This document shows, one piece after another, positions 26,825 to 37,152 of a stretch of 64,000 nucleotides of DNA. The stretch covers positions 224,001-288,000 of the forward strand of contig JBGANV010000008.1 in assembly GCA_044222185.1 (NCBI GenBank), in the 5' to 3' direction. The notes beneath the pieces were generated by a model. It ran no database searches, was not told the origin of the DNA, and saw nothing but the letters and a program-made list of their open reading frames with translations. Numbering within the stretch: the first letter of the stretch is position 1; each line of letters starts with the position of its first letter. This DNA is from Planctomycetota bacterium. Lineage in GTDB: Bacteria > Planctomycetota > GCA-002687715 > CAIWVZ01. The translations under genes and the position numbers were made by a program.

Positions 26825-27769
26825 TCAACCGGCCTGTTTGAAGAGATCGAGGAAGCGATCCTCGTACGTGCGGAACAGGTCGTGGCGATCGAGCTCGGCC
26901 TTCAGCTCCAGTGCCTTCGCGCGGTCCGTTCTGGCCGCTTCGAACAGGACCTCGATTCGATCGAGGACTGCCTTCGGAACGCGCGGGCGCGTTGCCGTCT
27001 TGTCCGCGGGCCGCACCACCTGCTGCTCGGCCGTCTCGGGCGCAGGTCGCGTCGCCGCGTCGCTCGCCGTCTCGAGACTCTCGAGATGACTCACGAGCTG
27101 CCCCTCGATCCGCGAGGCGTCGCCGCGCAGGCTCTCCAAGTCGATCGGAGTCCCGAGCATCCGACCGAAGACCTCCAGCACGGCGGCCGATGCCTTCGGG
27201 TTCGGGAGCTGCGCTGCGAAGAACGGGAACTCGCCCAAGAGGCAGCATCCCGGAAGTCCACGGGCCGCGGCGGCGGCGATCAGGAAACCGTTCAGCCCAT
27301 TGATCTCCCCATCCTCCAGCGGCGTCACGCCATGCTGGCGCAACTCGTCGAGCAACGCGGGCTGCGTCGCGATCCCAAAGACGTGTGGCTGCGCCGTCGG
27401 ATGCGTGGGGGTCGCCATGGCGGCGAACGTGACGACGCGTTCGATCCCGAAGCGGGCGGCCATTTCGAGGAGCGCGGCCGCGTATTGCGACGTCGCCGTC
27501 GCGGGCTGGCGATCCGCGACGAAGATCACCAGATCGTGGCCGCCAGCGGGGTTGCGCCAGCCGAAAAGCGGTGTGCTCGGCGGCGGTGCGGCCTGAACGA
27601 GGCCGTCGCGAACGAGCACGGATTGGGGCTCGACGAACGGTGACGCGTCAAAGACCCCGAGTGGCGTCGCGCCGAGTTGATTCACGAGGACCGCACCGGC
27701 GATGTGGGCCACGCCCCCCATCCCGGGCCAGGTGGCCACGAGCCACGGTGACTTCAGCTCATTTCCCAT
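26825..27769 (-). CDS. PAC2 (proteasome assembly chaperone-like) family protein
   Basis: PWLVATWPGMGGVA, DRQP, VVTFAAM, INGLNGFLI, GCCLLGE, PNPKASAAVL, IDLESL. Confidence 0.85.
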   Translation of the reverse strand: MGNELKSPWLVATWPGMGGVAHIAGAVLVNQLGATPLGVFDASPFVEPQSVLVRDGLVQAAPPPSTPLFGWRNPAGGHDLVIFVADRQPATATSQYAAALLEMAARFGIERVVTFAAMATPTHPTAQPHVFGIATQPALLDELRQHGVTPLEDGEINGLNGFLIAAAAARGLPGCCLLGEFPFFAAQLPNPKASAAVLEVFGRMLGTPIDLESLRGDASRIEGQLVSHLESLETASDAATRPAPETAEQQVVRPADKTATRPRVPKAVLDRIEVLFEAARTDRAKALELKAELDRHDLFRTYEDRFLDLFKQAG

Positions 27770-28087
27770 TTGCAACTTCCATCATCGCCCGGATGTCGCT
27801 GGCGAGCACCCTGGCGACCACGTCCCACGCACCCATTTCGACGACGAATCGCAGTCAGTCGCCGGAAGCAGCCTCACTCATGATTCATCTACGTGGCACG
27901 GACGCTGGACGTCGATTCCGGAGCGGGATCGCGGGGAGGCCCGGTCCACCAATCAGCCAGTGCCGGCTGCAACGCAGGCTCACCCGCATTCCAAACCAAC
28001 ACGCGGGCGCCGGCTCGTGTATGCTCCGCCCCCGACGGCGCGCAGGCGGCGGCGATCCGTCGAGGCGAATAGGACGATGGTTCACCG

Positions 28088-29332
28088 ATGACCCCGAACA
28101 GGTGCGATTCTCTTTCCCTCGTCCGGCTGGTGCTCGACAAGGCCCAAATCGGCGGAGCAATCCTCGACGTCGAGGCTCTCGACCGCGCGCTCGCCGGCCG
28201 CAACGACGGACTGCAGATCCATCACATCTACCTGACCATCGACGGCCGAGACGAACCCGTCGAGAGGATCGGGCGAAGCCGGATCATCCGCCACCCAATC
28301 CCCTACCGCGAAGACCGACTGATGGCCGACGGCCCCGTCCTCATCGCCACGTTGCGTCGCACGTTCCTCGACGTGGTCCAGGACCACCGGCCGTCGCTGT
28401 TCGTGAACCACGTCCCCGAGCTTCCGAGCGGCGTCTTCTTGAGCCAGCTCGCGAAGAGCCTCTCCATGCCCGTCGTGGCGCTCTACCATGGCGGCAGTCG
28501 CCCCGCGGTGATGTTGGATCAGGAACACGTCCGGTCCGCGGACGTCGCCATCGCCAACGTCCGCGCCACGGCTGGTCTCGCCGACGTCATGGCCGCGGTG
28601 TCCGATTCGGCCGCTGCCCTGCTACCGATGAAGCGCGTGCTGAACGTCTGGACTGGCGCCGATGCCGCGTTCTTCGATCCGGCACGGGTGCTCGGCGCCG
28701 CGTCGGTCGACGCGCGACCGCGGGTCCCGACGTTCCTCCTCGCGGCGCGGATCGTTCCCGAGAAGGGCCACAAGCTCCTGCTCGACGCGTCGCAGATCCT
28801 CTTCGAGCGGCGCGTCGACCACCGGATCCTCTTCGTCGGATCGGGCCGGACTCCCGTCTGCGCCGCGTTCGAGCGGTACCTCGTCGACAACGGCTTCCGC
28901 GAGCTCGCCCGGGTCGTCTACGACGCCACGCAGGAACAGATGGTTGGGCTCTACGCCGCGTGTGACGTTGCGGTCTTGCCGGGGTACCACCTGGAAGGCT
29001 GCCCGCGATGTCTCATCGAGGCCGCCCTCATGGAACGACCGGTGATCGCGACGGATTCAGGCGGGACGCGCGAAGCGTTCATTCCCGGAACGACCGGTTT
29101 GCTGGTTCCTCCGGGCGATGCCGTGGCCCTCGCCGACGCCATGCATGCGCTCGCGACCGACCCGGAACGCCGGGCAGCCATGGGACGCGCAGGACGGCAG
29201 TTTGCGGCGGCCCGGTTCGATCTCGATGCGCTCGCCGCGCGCCACGAGGCGATCTACGCTCAGTTCCAGCGCCATTCGCCGGCGACGTCACCGAAACACC
29301 AGGACGAGGAACAGCACGCCCATGCCGGCTGA
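28088..29332 (+). CDS. Glycosyltransferase family 4 (GT-B)
   Basis: ARIVPEKGH, YAACDVAVLP..EGCPRCLIEAA..RPVIATDSGGTRE, GLLVPPGDAVALADA. Confidence 0.92.
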   Translation: MTPNRCDSLSLVRLVLDKAQIGGAILDVEALDRALAGRNDGLQIHHIYLTIDGRDEPVERIGRSRIIRHPIPYREDRLMADGPVLIATLRRTFLDVVQDHRPSLFVNHVPELPSGVFLSQLAKSLSMPVVALYHGGSRPAVMLDQEHVRSADVAIANVRATAGLADVMAAVSDSAAALLPMKRVLNVWTGADAAFFDPARVLGAASVDARPRVPTFLLAARIVPEKGHKLLLDASQILFERRVDHRILFVGSGRTPVCAAFERYLVDNGFRELARVVYDATQEQMVGLYAACDVAVLPGYHLEGCPRCLIEAALMERPVIATDSGGTREAFIPGTTGLLVPPGDAVALADAMHALATDPERRAAMGRAGRQFAAARFDLDALAARHEAIYAQFQRHSPATSPKHQDEEQHAHAG

Positions 29333-31220
29333 CCGGTTCGAGTCCACGACGCCTGATGCCGAGATCGAGCGCCTCCGGATCGCGCTCGGTCAAGCTGACC
29401 TTGAGCTCGCGCTGCGCTCCGCGCGCATCGATGGTCTCGAGCGTCTTGTCGCACAAGGCGAGCAGGTCGGGAACGACGCTGTCTCGCGGATCGTCACACT
29501 CCTCCGCGAGCTCGGATTCGACGCACCATCGGAGATCCCAGGATGGCAGTTGCCCGACCTCGTCACGCAACTCAGCAACCACCTCGTCGCGGCGCGCAAC
29601 CAGTTCGGCGAGCTGGTGAAGGAAGTGCACCGGCTGGCAGGGTCGACCCACTCGCTCGAGACCGAGCGCGATGACCTGCTGGAGCGCGTCCGGCAACTGA
29701 ACGCCGACGCGGCGCGTGTACGCGGCTCGGCGGCGGGGCCGACCGACCCCGAGCTGTCGGCGCGGCGCCCCCTGCGAATTCTGATGGTCGTGCACGACTT
29801 CCTGCCGCGTCACGCGGCGGGTGCGGAGATCTGCGCGTGGCGCCTCGCGAAGGCGCTCCGCGAACATCATCGCGTCCACCTGCTCTTCACGGAGGCCCAC
29901 CCCGGCGTTCACTCCTATCGACTCCGCGAGGGTGAGTACGACGGCCTGCCGTTCACCGAGATCTCGCACCAACACGTCGCGCGGTCGCTCGAGCAGTCGT
30001 ATTCGGACGAACGGATCGACGCGTTGTTTCGCCAGACCCTCGGGAAGGTGCAGCCCGATGTGGTGCACATCCAGCACCTCCATCATCTGTCGCTGGGCGT
30101 CGTCCCCGTGGCGAAGCAGGCGGGCATCCCCATCGTCTACACGCTTCACGACTACGCGCTGGTGTGTCCCAACGGTGGACGCATGCTGCGCGCAAACCAC
30201 GAGCGCTGCACGGCGCCCGATCCCGTGACCTGTGCCGGATGCATCGAGGGCATCGAGTTGCGCGAGGTGACGAGCGACGACAGCCCCATCGAGCGAACGC
30301 TGCGCCGGCTGCTGCCGGACGGCGTGCGCGAGCTGATCGAGGGGTTCGCGCCGCGCGCGGCCACGCCGTCGAAGCCCCAGATCACGATCGCGGATCGCGA
30401 GGATGCGATCCGCCGGCGCCTCGAAGTCGTCCGCGCCGCGGCCGCTGACGTGGACCGGTTCCTCGCAACGAGCCGGTTCGTCCAGGACACGCTCGTCAAC
30501 AGCGGGATCGTCTCCGGGGATCGCATCGCGGTCTCGGAGAATGGCCAGGACCCCTCGTCGTTCCGCGGGTTCATCCGTCGCGCGTCGAGCGACCTCCGCG
30601 TCGGTTACATCGGGACGCTCGTCCCTCACAAGGGAGTTCACGTCCTCGTCGAGGCGCTGAACGAACTCGCGGACCTCTCCGACCTGACGGGTGCGATCCA
30701 TGGTGGGCTCGACGTCGATCCGACGTATGCACGGCGCCTCGTCGAGGCGAACCGGAACTCGCGCGTCGCGTTCGGAGGCCGATACGATCCGCATCAGGTC
30801 CGCGACGTGCTCGCGAACCTGGACGTCATCGTCGTTCCGAGCCTGTGGTGGGAGTGCGCGCCGCTCACGATCCAGGAGGCTTTCCTCGGGGGCGTCGTCC
30901 CCATCGTCTCAGGCATCGGAGGCATGGCGGAGTTCGTGAAAGACGAGGTGGACGGCCTCCACGTCCCACCGGGCGACGCGAAGGCGATCGCACGGCAGAT
31001 CCGTCGGCTTCATGCGGATCGCGCGCTCCTGACCCGTCTCGCCGCAGCGCGCCCGCTGGTGCGGTCGATCCAGGATGCAGCCGCCGACGTCGAGGCCGTC
31101 TATCGCACGGTGATCGCGGCGCGGGCGCGGCCGCTCGCATCGACGCCGCTCGCGGACCCCGCCGGCCCGCGCGTACGCACCTCGCCTCAAGAGCCTCGAC
31201 GAATGCGGAGGAAGTCATGA
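29322..31220 (+). CDS. Glycosyltransferase family 4 with N-terminal coiled coil
   Basis: ATG 29322 overlaps the upstream stop. Coiled-coil N-terminus, LRILMVVHDFLP..AGAE, PDVVHIQH, TLHDY..CP, GYIGTLVPHKG, VPSLWWECAPLTIQEA. Confidence 0.92.
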   Translation: MPADRFESTTPDAEIERLRIALGQADLELALRSARIDGLERLVAQGEQVGNDAVSRIVTLLRELGFDAPSEIPGWQLPDLVTQLSNHLVAARNQFGELVKEVHRLAGSTHSLETERDDLLERVRQLNADAARVRGSAAGPTDPELSARRPLRILMVVHDFLPRHAAGAEICAWRLAKALREHHRVHLLFTEAHPGVHSYRLREGEYDGLPFTEISHQHVARSLEQSYSDERIDALFRQTLGKVQPDVVHIQHLHHLSLGVVPVAKQAGIPIVYTLHDYALVCPNGGRMLRANHERCTAPDPVTCAGCIEGIELREVTSDDSPIERTLRRLLPDGVRELIEGFAPRAATPSKPQITIADREDAIRRRLEVVRAAAADVDRFLATSRFVQDTLVNSGIVSGDRIAVSENGQDPSSFRGFIRRASSDLRVGYIGTLVPHKGVHVLVEALNELADLSDLTGAIHGGLDVDPTYARRLVEANRNSRVAFGGRYDPHQVRDVLANLDVIVVPSLWWECAPLTIQEAFLGGVVPIVSGIGGMAEFVKDEVDGLHVPPGDAKAIARQIRRLHADRALLTRLAAARPLVRSIQDAAADVEAVYRTVIAARARPLASTPLADPAGPRVRTSPQEPRRMRRKS

Positions 31221-31356
31221 CCATGGACGGATCGCTCGGGCTCGACGCGTTCGTGATGGTGGGTGCGGAGACTCGCGCCGACGCAGTCGATCTCGCGACG
31301 AGCGGGCCCTCTGAGCGTGGCGTTCGGGCGTAACGACGATCCAGTGCGCGAGTCGT

Positions 31357-31986
31357 TCAGGATCCGGCCCATGGCGGGTCGAGGGCAGGCTGGAGCCTGC
31401 CCATCCGGCCAGGCAGAAGCCTGGCGCTCCGCGCTCCGTTGATGGGCCCGGCCGTCACTCCGAATCCGACCACGATCCATGATGCCGCCTCGCCGCGCTC
31501 GAGTCCGTTGGTGGACGGCGGGAGACATAGCGCTTTCGCCAACGCCGCGATGGCGTCGTCCGTGAACCCGATCAGAGGAAGCGTCGTCGGTCGCCCGAAG
31601 ATGCGGAGCATGCAAAGGTCGCCGTCCCTTCGCAGGAACCGGACTTGCGACCACGGAGTCACGGATGACGCGCCCAACGCCTGAAGCGTCAGCGCCTCCG
31701 GCGTGAGCTGGATCACGGAGTGACGATCGGGGTCCGGCCCCCAGGACTCGAGCGTGCGACGCCAGGCCCCGAGCCCGTTCGAGATCAGGAGTGCAAGAAA
31801 GCTCAACACCACTCCGAAGAGGAAGCCGAAGAACGCCGAGCCGCGGTCAACGGAACTCGTCGCGATCGGCGTGGCGATCAGCAGGCACCCCAGCACGATC
31901 GCCGCCGGGCCGGCCGAGGCCCACCACACCTGCCATGCCATCCGCTTCGCCTGCCCCATCGTGATGCGCTGCTCGATCCGGATCAT
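31357..31986 (-). CDS. Small membrane protein, YcxB-like
   Basis: TAGGAT -10 and AGGAG RBS before ATG 31986. Two TMs, then LTPEAL..SSVTPWSQV (YcxB/bPH-like), then a C-terminal hydrophobic stretch. Confidence 0.55.
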   Translation of the reverse strand: MIRIEQRITMGQAKRMAWQVWWASAGPAAIVLGCLLIATPIATSSVDRGSAFFGFLFGVVLSFLALLISNGLGAWRRTLESWGPDPDRHSVIQLTPEALTLQALGASSVTPWSQVRFLRRDGDLCMLRIFGRPTTLPLIGFTDDAIAALAKALCLPPSTNGLERGEAASWIVVGFGVTAGPINGARSARLLPGRMGRLQPALDPPWAGS

Positions 31987-32282
31987 CGCGAGACCACTCC
32001 TTCTCCTCGGTGGGAGCGCCGATCCTATGGCCGATCGCCGTCCAGGTCTACCGACGCACGGACCGCGCGCGTCGAGTCGCATCGGTCGGCGATTCCGACA
32101 CCCAATCGCTGACATGCGCCCAAGGGCCCTTCGCACTTCCACAAATGGCCAGTCGATCCGCCTCCGTGCACTATTGACTTGAAAAAAGGGCCTCTCGCCA
32201 TGAGACGGCCCCCGAATCGCAGCCGGGTCGCGCAGTCGCGCGACCGAGGCGCGTATTGGTCACCACTGCCGGAGTCCGATCC

Positions 32283-35200
32283 ATGTCACGCTCAACCACC
32301 GTGCTGTTCGTGGCTTTCGTTCTGGCGGCCCTGACCATGGGCCAAGGCGATCCGCTTCCCATGACGCGCGTTCCCGTGGAACTGGCCAGCGGCCAGTTGA
32401 CCAACGGGACGACGGACGCGCGGACGGTCTGGGCCGAAGTCCTCACCATTCCCACGGCGAGCTCCGTCCAACTCGTGTTCGAGGTCGCCGACCTCGGCAA
32501 CGACGATGACGTCCTCATCGTGCGCGGTGCCGAGAACGACGAGATGCAGCGACTCACGCGTCTCGTCCTCAAGCAATGGCGCAACCACTCGGCCTGGTTC
32601 AACGGATCGACGGTGACGCTGGAACTCCAACTCAGTCCGGGGTCATCGGCCCAGGTCGCGGTCGGTGCGGCCTTCGCCTTCCTCGCGCCCATGGCGCCCC
32701 CGGCTGGCCTGGACTCCCTCTGCGGCGCCGATGACCGCGTGCTCAGTACCGATGCGAGGGTGAACCGACTCGTCATCACGTCGACGCAGACCGGTGGCGG
32801 ATGCACGGGGTGGCTCATCAACAGCCGCAACGTCATCCTCAGCGCCGGTCACTGCGCGAGCCCGCTCCCCGACTACTTCGTGATCGCCGAGTTCAACTAC
32901 CCGCTGTCGAATGCGCTGGGTGAGATCCAGCATCCGGGTGTCGCCGATCAGTTCCCCGTGGACCAGACCACGATCCAGGCCAACAACGGCGGAGTCGGAA
33001 ACGACTGGGCCGTGGCGCGGCTCCACCCGAACTCATCGGGAGAAACGGCCTCACAGCGCCAGGGTGGTTGGTTCACGCTCGTGACGACGCTTCCGATCTA
33101 TGCTCCTCCGCTCCTCATTCCCACGTTCCGTGTCACGGGTAACGGATCGGACAGCACGCCGAACTACACCTACAACTACGTGCAGCAGACGTCCACGGGT
33201 CCGTCGCACGGCTACAGCGGCGACGTCGTCCAACATCGCGTGGACACGACGGATGGTGGATCGGGCAGTCCGATCATCGACGTGGCGTCAGGTGCCGTCG
33301 TGGGCATCCACACCAACGCGGGATGCGATGCCACCCCGACCAGCTACAACACCGGCACGAGCGTATTGAACGCCGGATTGCAGGCCGCGATTGCCAACGC
33401 GTCGGGCTGCGCCAGTCTCACGCTCACGAACGACGCTCCGGCCTCGGTGACCTGCACGCCGGTCATCTTCAACACGTCGGCGCCGACCTTCGACTGGGCC
33501 GTCGTCGGCGTGTCGAGCACGAACGATTGGGACATCCAGATCGAGAGCACGGGATCGACGTACGGCGGTTCCGCGTGCGACTACTTGATCGCCAACGGGA
33601 ACCTCGGCGGTGTCGCGCCCGTCAGCGGCAGCCTGTTTCGCTTCGCGGGTCTCGCCACCGCGACGGCCGAGTTCCAGATCGCGACGACCATCACCGTCGG
33701 CCAGCAGAACTTCGGCTCGTTGGCGTCGACGGAGATCGTGGACTTGTTCCAGTTCCTCATCCCGAGTGCGGGGAGCTACGACATCACCGTGAACGGCGAT
33801 CCGGCCTTCGGCTTCGATCTCTACGCCCCCGGAGTGAACGACGCGTGGCGGCCGCGCGGTGGCGCGGGAATCCTCGCCTCCGGCACCGTCGGTGGCCAGC
33901 CGCACGCGGCATTCGTCCTCAGCCCGGGTTGGCACGCACTCCTCGTCGGTCGCAACGGCGGTCCCGGCGTGGTCGATCCGACGGCGCTGACCGTGACCGT
34001 GTGCACGAGCCTGCCGACGCTCGCTCTCTCTCAGGACGCGGCCGTGGCCGTCGCCTCTGACTGCCGCCGCTTCGCCGTCGTGCCCGAGGCCGGTTGGTGG
34101 AACGTCGTCGGCATCACCTCCGCCAGTGACTGGGACATCGACCTGGGGCCGGCGCAGTCGCAGAACGGAGGAGCGATCTGCGACTTCGTCGTCGCCAACG
34201 GAACCCTGGGTGGCATTGGCCCGTCGCTCGGAGTCGTGGCGCGCTACAACGGCACCGAAGGGGCGACCGTCGAGCACGGCTCGCGAGCGACCGGCGCCCT
34301 TGGAGTTCCCCACGACACGGTGCTCGCGGCCGGTGACGTCGTCGACATCGTCCAATACACGATCGCCGCCAGCGGAAACTACGACCTGACGGTGACGGGC
34401 GACGGGTCGCTGTCGTTCTCGTTGTTCGTGCCGGGCACGAGCGCTGAATGGAGGCCGCGCAACGCGCGACTCTGGGGCGGGACGGTGGGCGATGCGTCGC
34501 AGACATTCGCGCTCGGCACCGGGTCCCATGCCGTCGTCATCTCGCGCAATGGCGGGACGTCGGCTGCCGCACTCCCCTATACGATTCACTTCGCGCCCAC
34601 CGTGGCGCCGCTGACACTGGCGCCGTCGACGATCTCGACGACCGTGACCACGATCTCGCAGCCGTTCACGATCTCGCCCTCGGCAGGTTCGTGGAACGCC
34701 GTCGGTGTCACGAGCACCTCCGACTGGGACATCGCCATCGGAACGGCGGAGTCTCAACTCGGCCTATCGTTCTGTGACTTCCTCGTCGCCAACGGCAACC
34801 TGGGATCCATCGCGCCGACGGCCGGGATCATCACGCGCTTCAGCGGGGCGTCGACCGCAAGCGCCAACCAGGCGACGCGTGTCACTGTCACCCCGGGCAC
34901 GACCTACGGCGCGGCCTGGGGTGCCTCGCAGGCGTTGCGCGTCTTCGAGTTCACGATTCCGACGGCCAACGATTACGACATCGGACTCACGGGGCTGTCG
35001 GGTCTCGACTGGTTCCTGTTCGAACCCGGTCCCGACTCCGCGTGGCGAAGGCGTGGCGACGCCGACTTCGTGGGAACCGTGGGCGGTGCTGGAATCACTC
35101 GCGCACTCGGCGCAGGTGTTCATGCCATCGTCGTGTGTGTGGACGGTGGCGTGGGCATCTCGGGCTCGTTCACCGTGGACGTGCACCAGACGCCGTACCC

Positions 35201-36977
35201 GGTTCCCGTGTTGACGTCGATGACACCGACGGTCGCCACGGCGGGAGCGGGCGCGGTTTCGCTCGCATGCAGCGGCTCCGCATTCGTGCCGGCGAGCGTC
35301 GTCCGGTGGGACGGCACCAGTTTGCCGACGACGTACCTGAACTCCGGATCGCTCTCCGCGACTCTCGCCGCTGGCTTCTTGACCAGCGCAGGCACGCACT
35401 CGATCACGGTGTTCACACCGACGCCCGGAGGCGGCACGAGCGCCGGGCTGACGTTCACGATCAACAACCCGGTGCCGACACTCGCGTCCATGAGTCCCAC
35501 GTCCGCCACGGCGGGCGGGGCCGCGTTCACGCTCACGGTGAACGGGACGAACTACAACACGCAGAGCCGCGTCCAGTGGAACGGCGTCAACCTGACGACG
35601 ACGCTCGTCAGCGCCACGCAGCTCACGGTCGCGGTTCCTGCCGCGAACATCGCGACGGCGGGAACGGCCACCGTTCGCATCAACAACCCGGCGCCCGGTG
35701 GAGGCGTCAGCTCGAGCCTCACGTTCACGATCAACAACCCGGTGCCGACGCTCGCCTCGCTCAGTCCGGCGTCAGCCATCGCGGGCGGCGCGGCCTTCAC
35801 GCTCACGGCCAACGGCACGAACTGCAACACGCAGACCCGCGTGATGTGGAACGGCGTCGCGCTCACGACGACGTTCGTGTCGACGACCCAGGTCACGGCC
35901 GCCGTGCCGGCCGCGAACATCGCGACGGCGGGTTCGATCATCGTGAGACTCAACAACCCGACGCCGGGTGGTGGAAGCAGTGGGAGCCTCACGTTCACGG
36001 TCAACAATCCGGTGCCCACGCTCGCGTCGCTGTCGCCGACCTCCCAGTTCGCGGGCGGGGCAGCGTTCACGCTCACCGTCAATGGGACTAACTTCAACGC
36101 TCAGAGCCAGGTGCGATGGAACTCGGCCGCGCTCACGACGACGCTCGTGAGTGGGACGCAGCTCACGGCGGCCGTGCCCGCCGCGAACATCGCCTTCTCG
36201 GGCACGGCGAGCGTGGACGTTCGCAACCCGACGCCGGGTGGCGGTGTGACCGCAGCGCTCACCTTCACGATCGTGGGACCGGCGGTGACGTCCATCTCGC
36301 CGGCCGCGATCGCCGTGATGACGCCGGTCTCGCCGCCGGTCGTCGTCACCGTGAACGGCAGCGGGTTCATGTCGACGTCGAAGGTGTTCGCCAACGGGAT
36401 CCAGCTCACGACGACGTACATCAGCGGGACGCAGCTCACGGCTCAGCTCCCGCCGGCGGTTCCGCAAACGCAGTTTGCGGGCGGCCTCGCCGTCGCCGTG
36501 CAGAACTTCCCGACGGTGGCGTCGAACCTCGCGGAGATCGTAGTGGGCACGGGTTCCAACCACGGCGTCATCGGGCATGTGCCACTCGTCGAACCGATCG
36601 TCGCCGGCAGCACGTTCTCGCTGAACATGGAAGGGTGCACGCCCAGTGCGCCGTTCCTACTCGTCGGCGACCTGGGGATGCCTCCGCCGGTCACCAACTG
36701 GCCGACGCCGGCCGCCAACTTCGTGCTGTCGGTCGGAACGCCGGGGTTGTTCGTCGTGCTGGATGGCATCGGCGTCTTCGGTCCGCCGCAAGCCGGTGTC
36801 GTGATGAGCCCGAACCAGCCGGGGAACACGCCGCCGGGTGGTGAGTTCATCCTGTCGGGTCTGGTGGCGCCGCTGCCATCGCTCGGTGCGAGTTTCACGC
36901 TCCAGGTCGCGTACCTGGATGCGGCGAGCCCCACCGGGTTCCGTCTGACGTGGGCGCTCGTCGACACGGGAATCTGA
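32283..36977 (+). CDS. Large secreted trypsin-like serine protease with three ~200-aa repeats, IPT/TIG domains and a C-terminal domain
   Basis: Signal peptide; CTGWLI, SAGHC (His codon 32850), NDWAV (Asp 33003), DGGSGSP (Ser 33261), VGIH; NPVPTLxS(L/M)SP IPT repeats. Confidence 0.92.
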   Translation: MSRSTTVLFVAFVLAALTMGQGDPLPMTRVPVELASGQLTNGTTDARTVWAEVLTIPTASSVQLVFEVADLGNDDDVLIVRGAENDEMQRLTRLVLKQWRNHSAWFNGSTVTLELQLSPGSSAQVAVGAAFAFLAPMAPPAGLDSLCGADDRVLSTDARVNRLVITSTQTGGGCTGWLINSRNVILSAGHCASPLPDYFVIAEFNYPLSNALGEIQHPGVADQFPVDQTTIQANNGGVGNDWAVARLHPNSSGETASQRQGGWFTLVTTLPIYAPPLLIPTFRVTGNGSDSTPNYTYNYVQQTSTGPSHGYSGDVVQHRVDTTDGGSGSPIIDVASGAVVGIHTNAGCDATPTSYNTGTSVLNAGLQAAIANASGCASLTLTNDAPASVTCTPVIFNTSAPTFDWAVVGVSSTNDWDIQIESTGSTYGGSACDYLIANGNLGGVAPVSGSLFRFAGLATATAEFQIATTITVGQQNFGSLASTEIVDLFQFLIPSAGSYDITVNGDPAFGFDLYAPGVNDAWRPRGGAGILASGTVGGQPHAAFVLSPGWHALLVGRNGGPGVVDPTALTVTVCTSLPTLALSQDAAVAVASDCRRFAVVPEAGWWNVVGITSASDWDIDLGPAQSQNGGAICDFVVANGTLGGIGPSLGVVARYNGTEGATVEHGSRATGALGVPHDTVLAAGDVVDIVQYTIAASGNYDLTVTGDGSLSFSLFVPGTSAEWRPRNARLWGGTVGDASQTFALGTGSHAVVISRNGGTSAAALPYTIHFAPTVAPLTLAPSTISTTVTTISQPFTISPSAGSWNAVGVTSTSDWDIAIGTAESQLGLSFCDFLVANGNLGSIAPTAGIITRFSGASTASANQATRVTVTPGTTYGAAWGASQALRVFEFTIPTANDYDIGLTGLSGLDWFLFEPGPDSAWRRRGDADFVGTVGGAGITRALGAGVHAIVVCVDGGVGISGSFTVDVHQTPYPVPVLTSMTPTVATAGAGAVSLACSGSAFVPASVVRWDGTSLPTTYLNSGSLSATLAAGFLTSAGTHSITVFTPTPGGGTSAGLTFTINNPVPTLASMSPTSATAGGAAFTLTVNGTNYNTQSRVQWNGVNLTTTLVSATQLTVAVPAANIATAGTATVRINNPAPGGGVSSSLTFTINNPVPTLASLSPASAIAGGAAFTLTANGTNCNTQTRVMWNGVALTTTFVSTTQVTAAVPAANIATAGSIIVRLNNPTPGGGSSGSLTFTVNNPVPTLASLSPTSQFAGGAAFTLTVNGTNFNAQSQVRWNSAALTTTLVSGTQLTAAVPAANIAFSGTASVDVRNPTPGGGVTAALTFTIVGPAVTSISPAAIAVMTPVSPPVVVTVNGSGFMSTSKVFANGIQLTTTYISGTQLTAQLPPAVPQTQFAGGLAVAVQNFPTVASNLAEIVVGTGSNHGVIGHVPLVEPIVAGSTFSLNMEGCTPSAPFLLVGDLGMPPPVTNWPTPAANFVLSVGTPGLFVVLDGIGVFGPPQAGVVMSPNQPGNTPPGGEFILSGLVAPLPSLGASFTLQVAYLDAASPTGFRLTWALVDTGI
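35463..36272 (+). repeat. Three tandem 270-bp intragenic repeats encoding IPT/TIG domains
   Basis: aacaa(c/t)ccggtgcc recurs at 35463, 35733 and 36003 with near-identical downstream sequence. Confidence 0.85.
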
Positions 36978-37152
36978 CGCTCACGCGTCACGCGCCGGCG
37001 AGCGTCATCCTGCGGGCCCCGGTGATCTCGCACCGCCCCGCATGCGACGCCCGTTGGCCCGCGCGGGACGCGCGGCGATCCTGCCAGTCCCCGCCGAGAC
37101 GGCGGAGGACGTGGCGCTCCGCGGAAGCCCGGCGAGAAGTCGCGTCGTGCCC

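Noticed and set aside
27758-27881. Possible second UGA read-through peptide (MSEAASGD*LRFVVEMG...) upstream of the PAC2 gene
   Set aside because: No redox motif, no RBS and no recognisable fold.
32174-32205. TTGACT -35-like box upstream of the large protease
   Set aside because: No acceptable -10 hexamer at 16-18 nt spacing.
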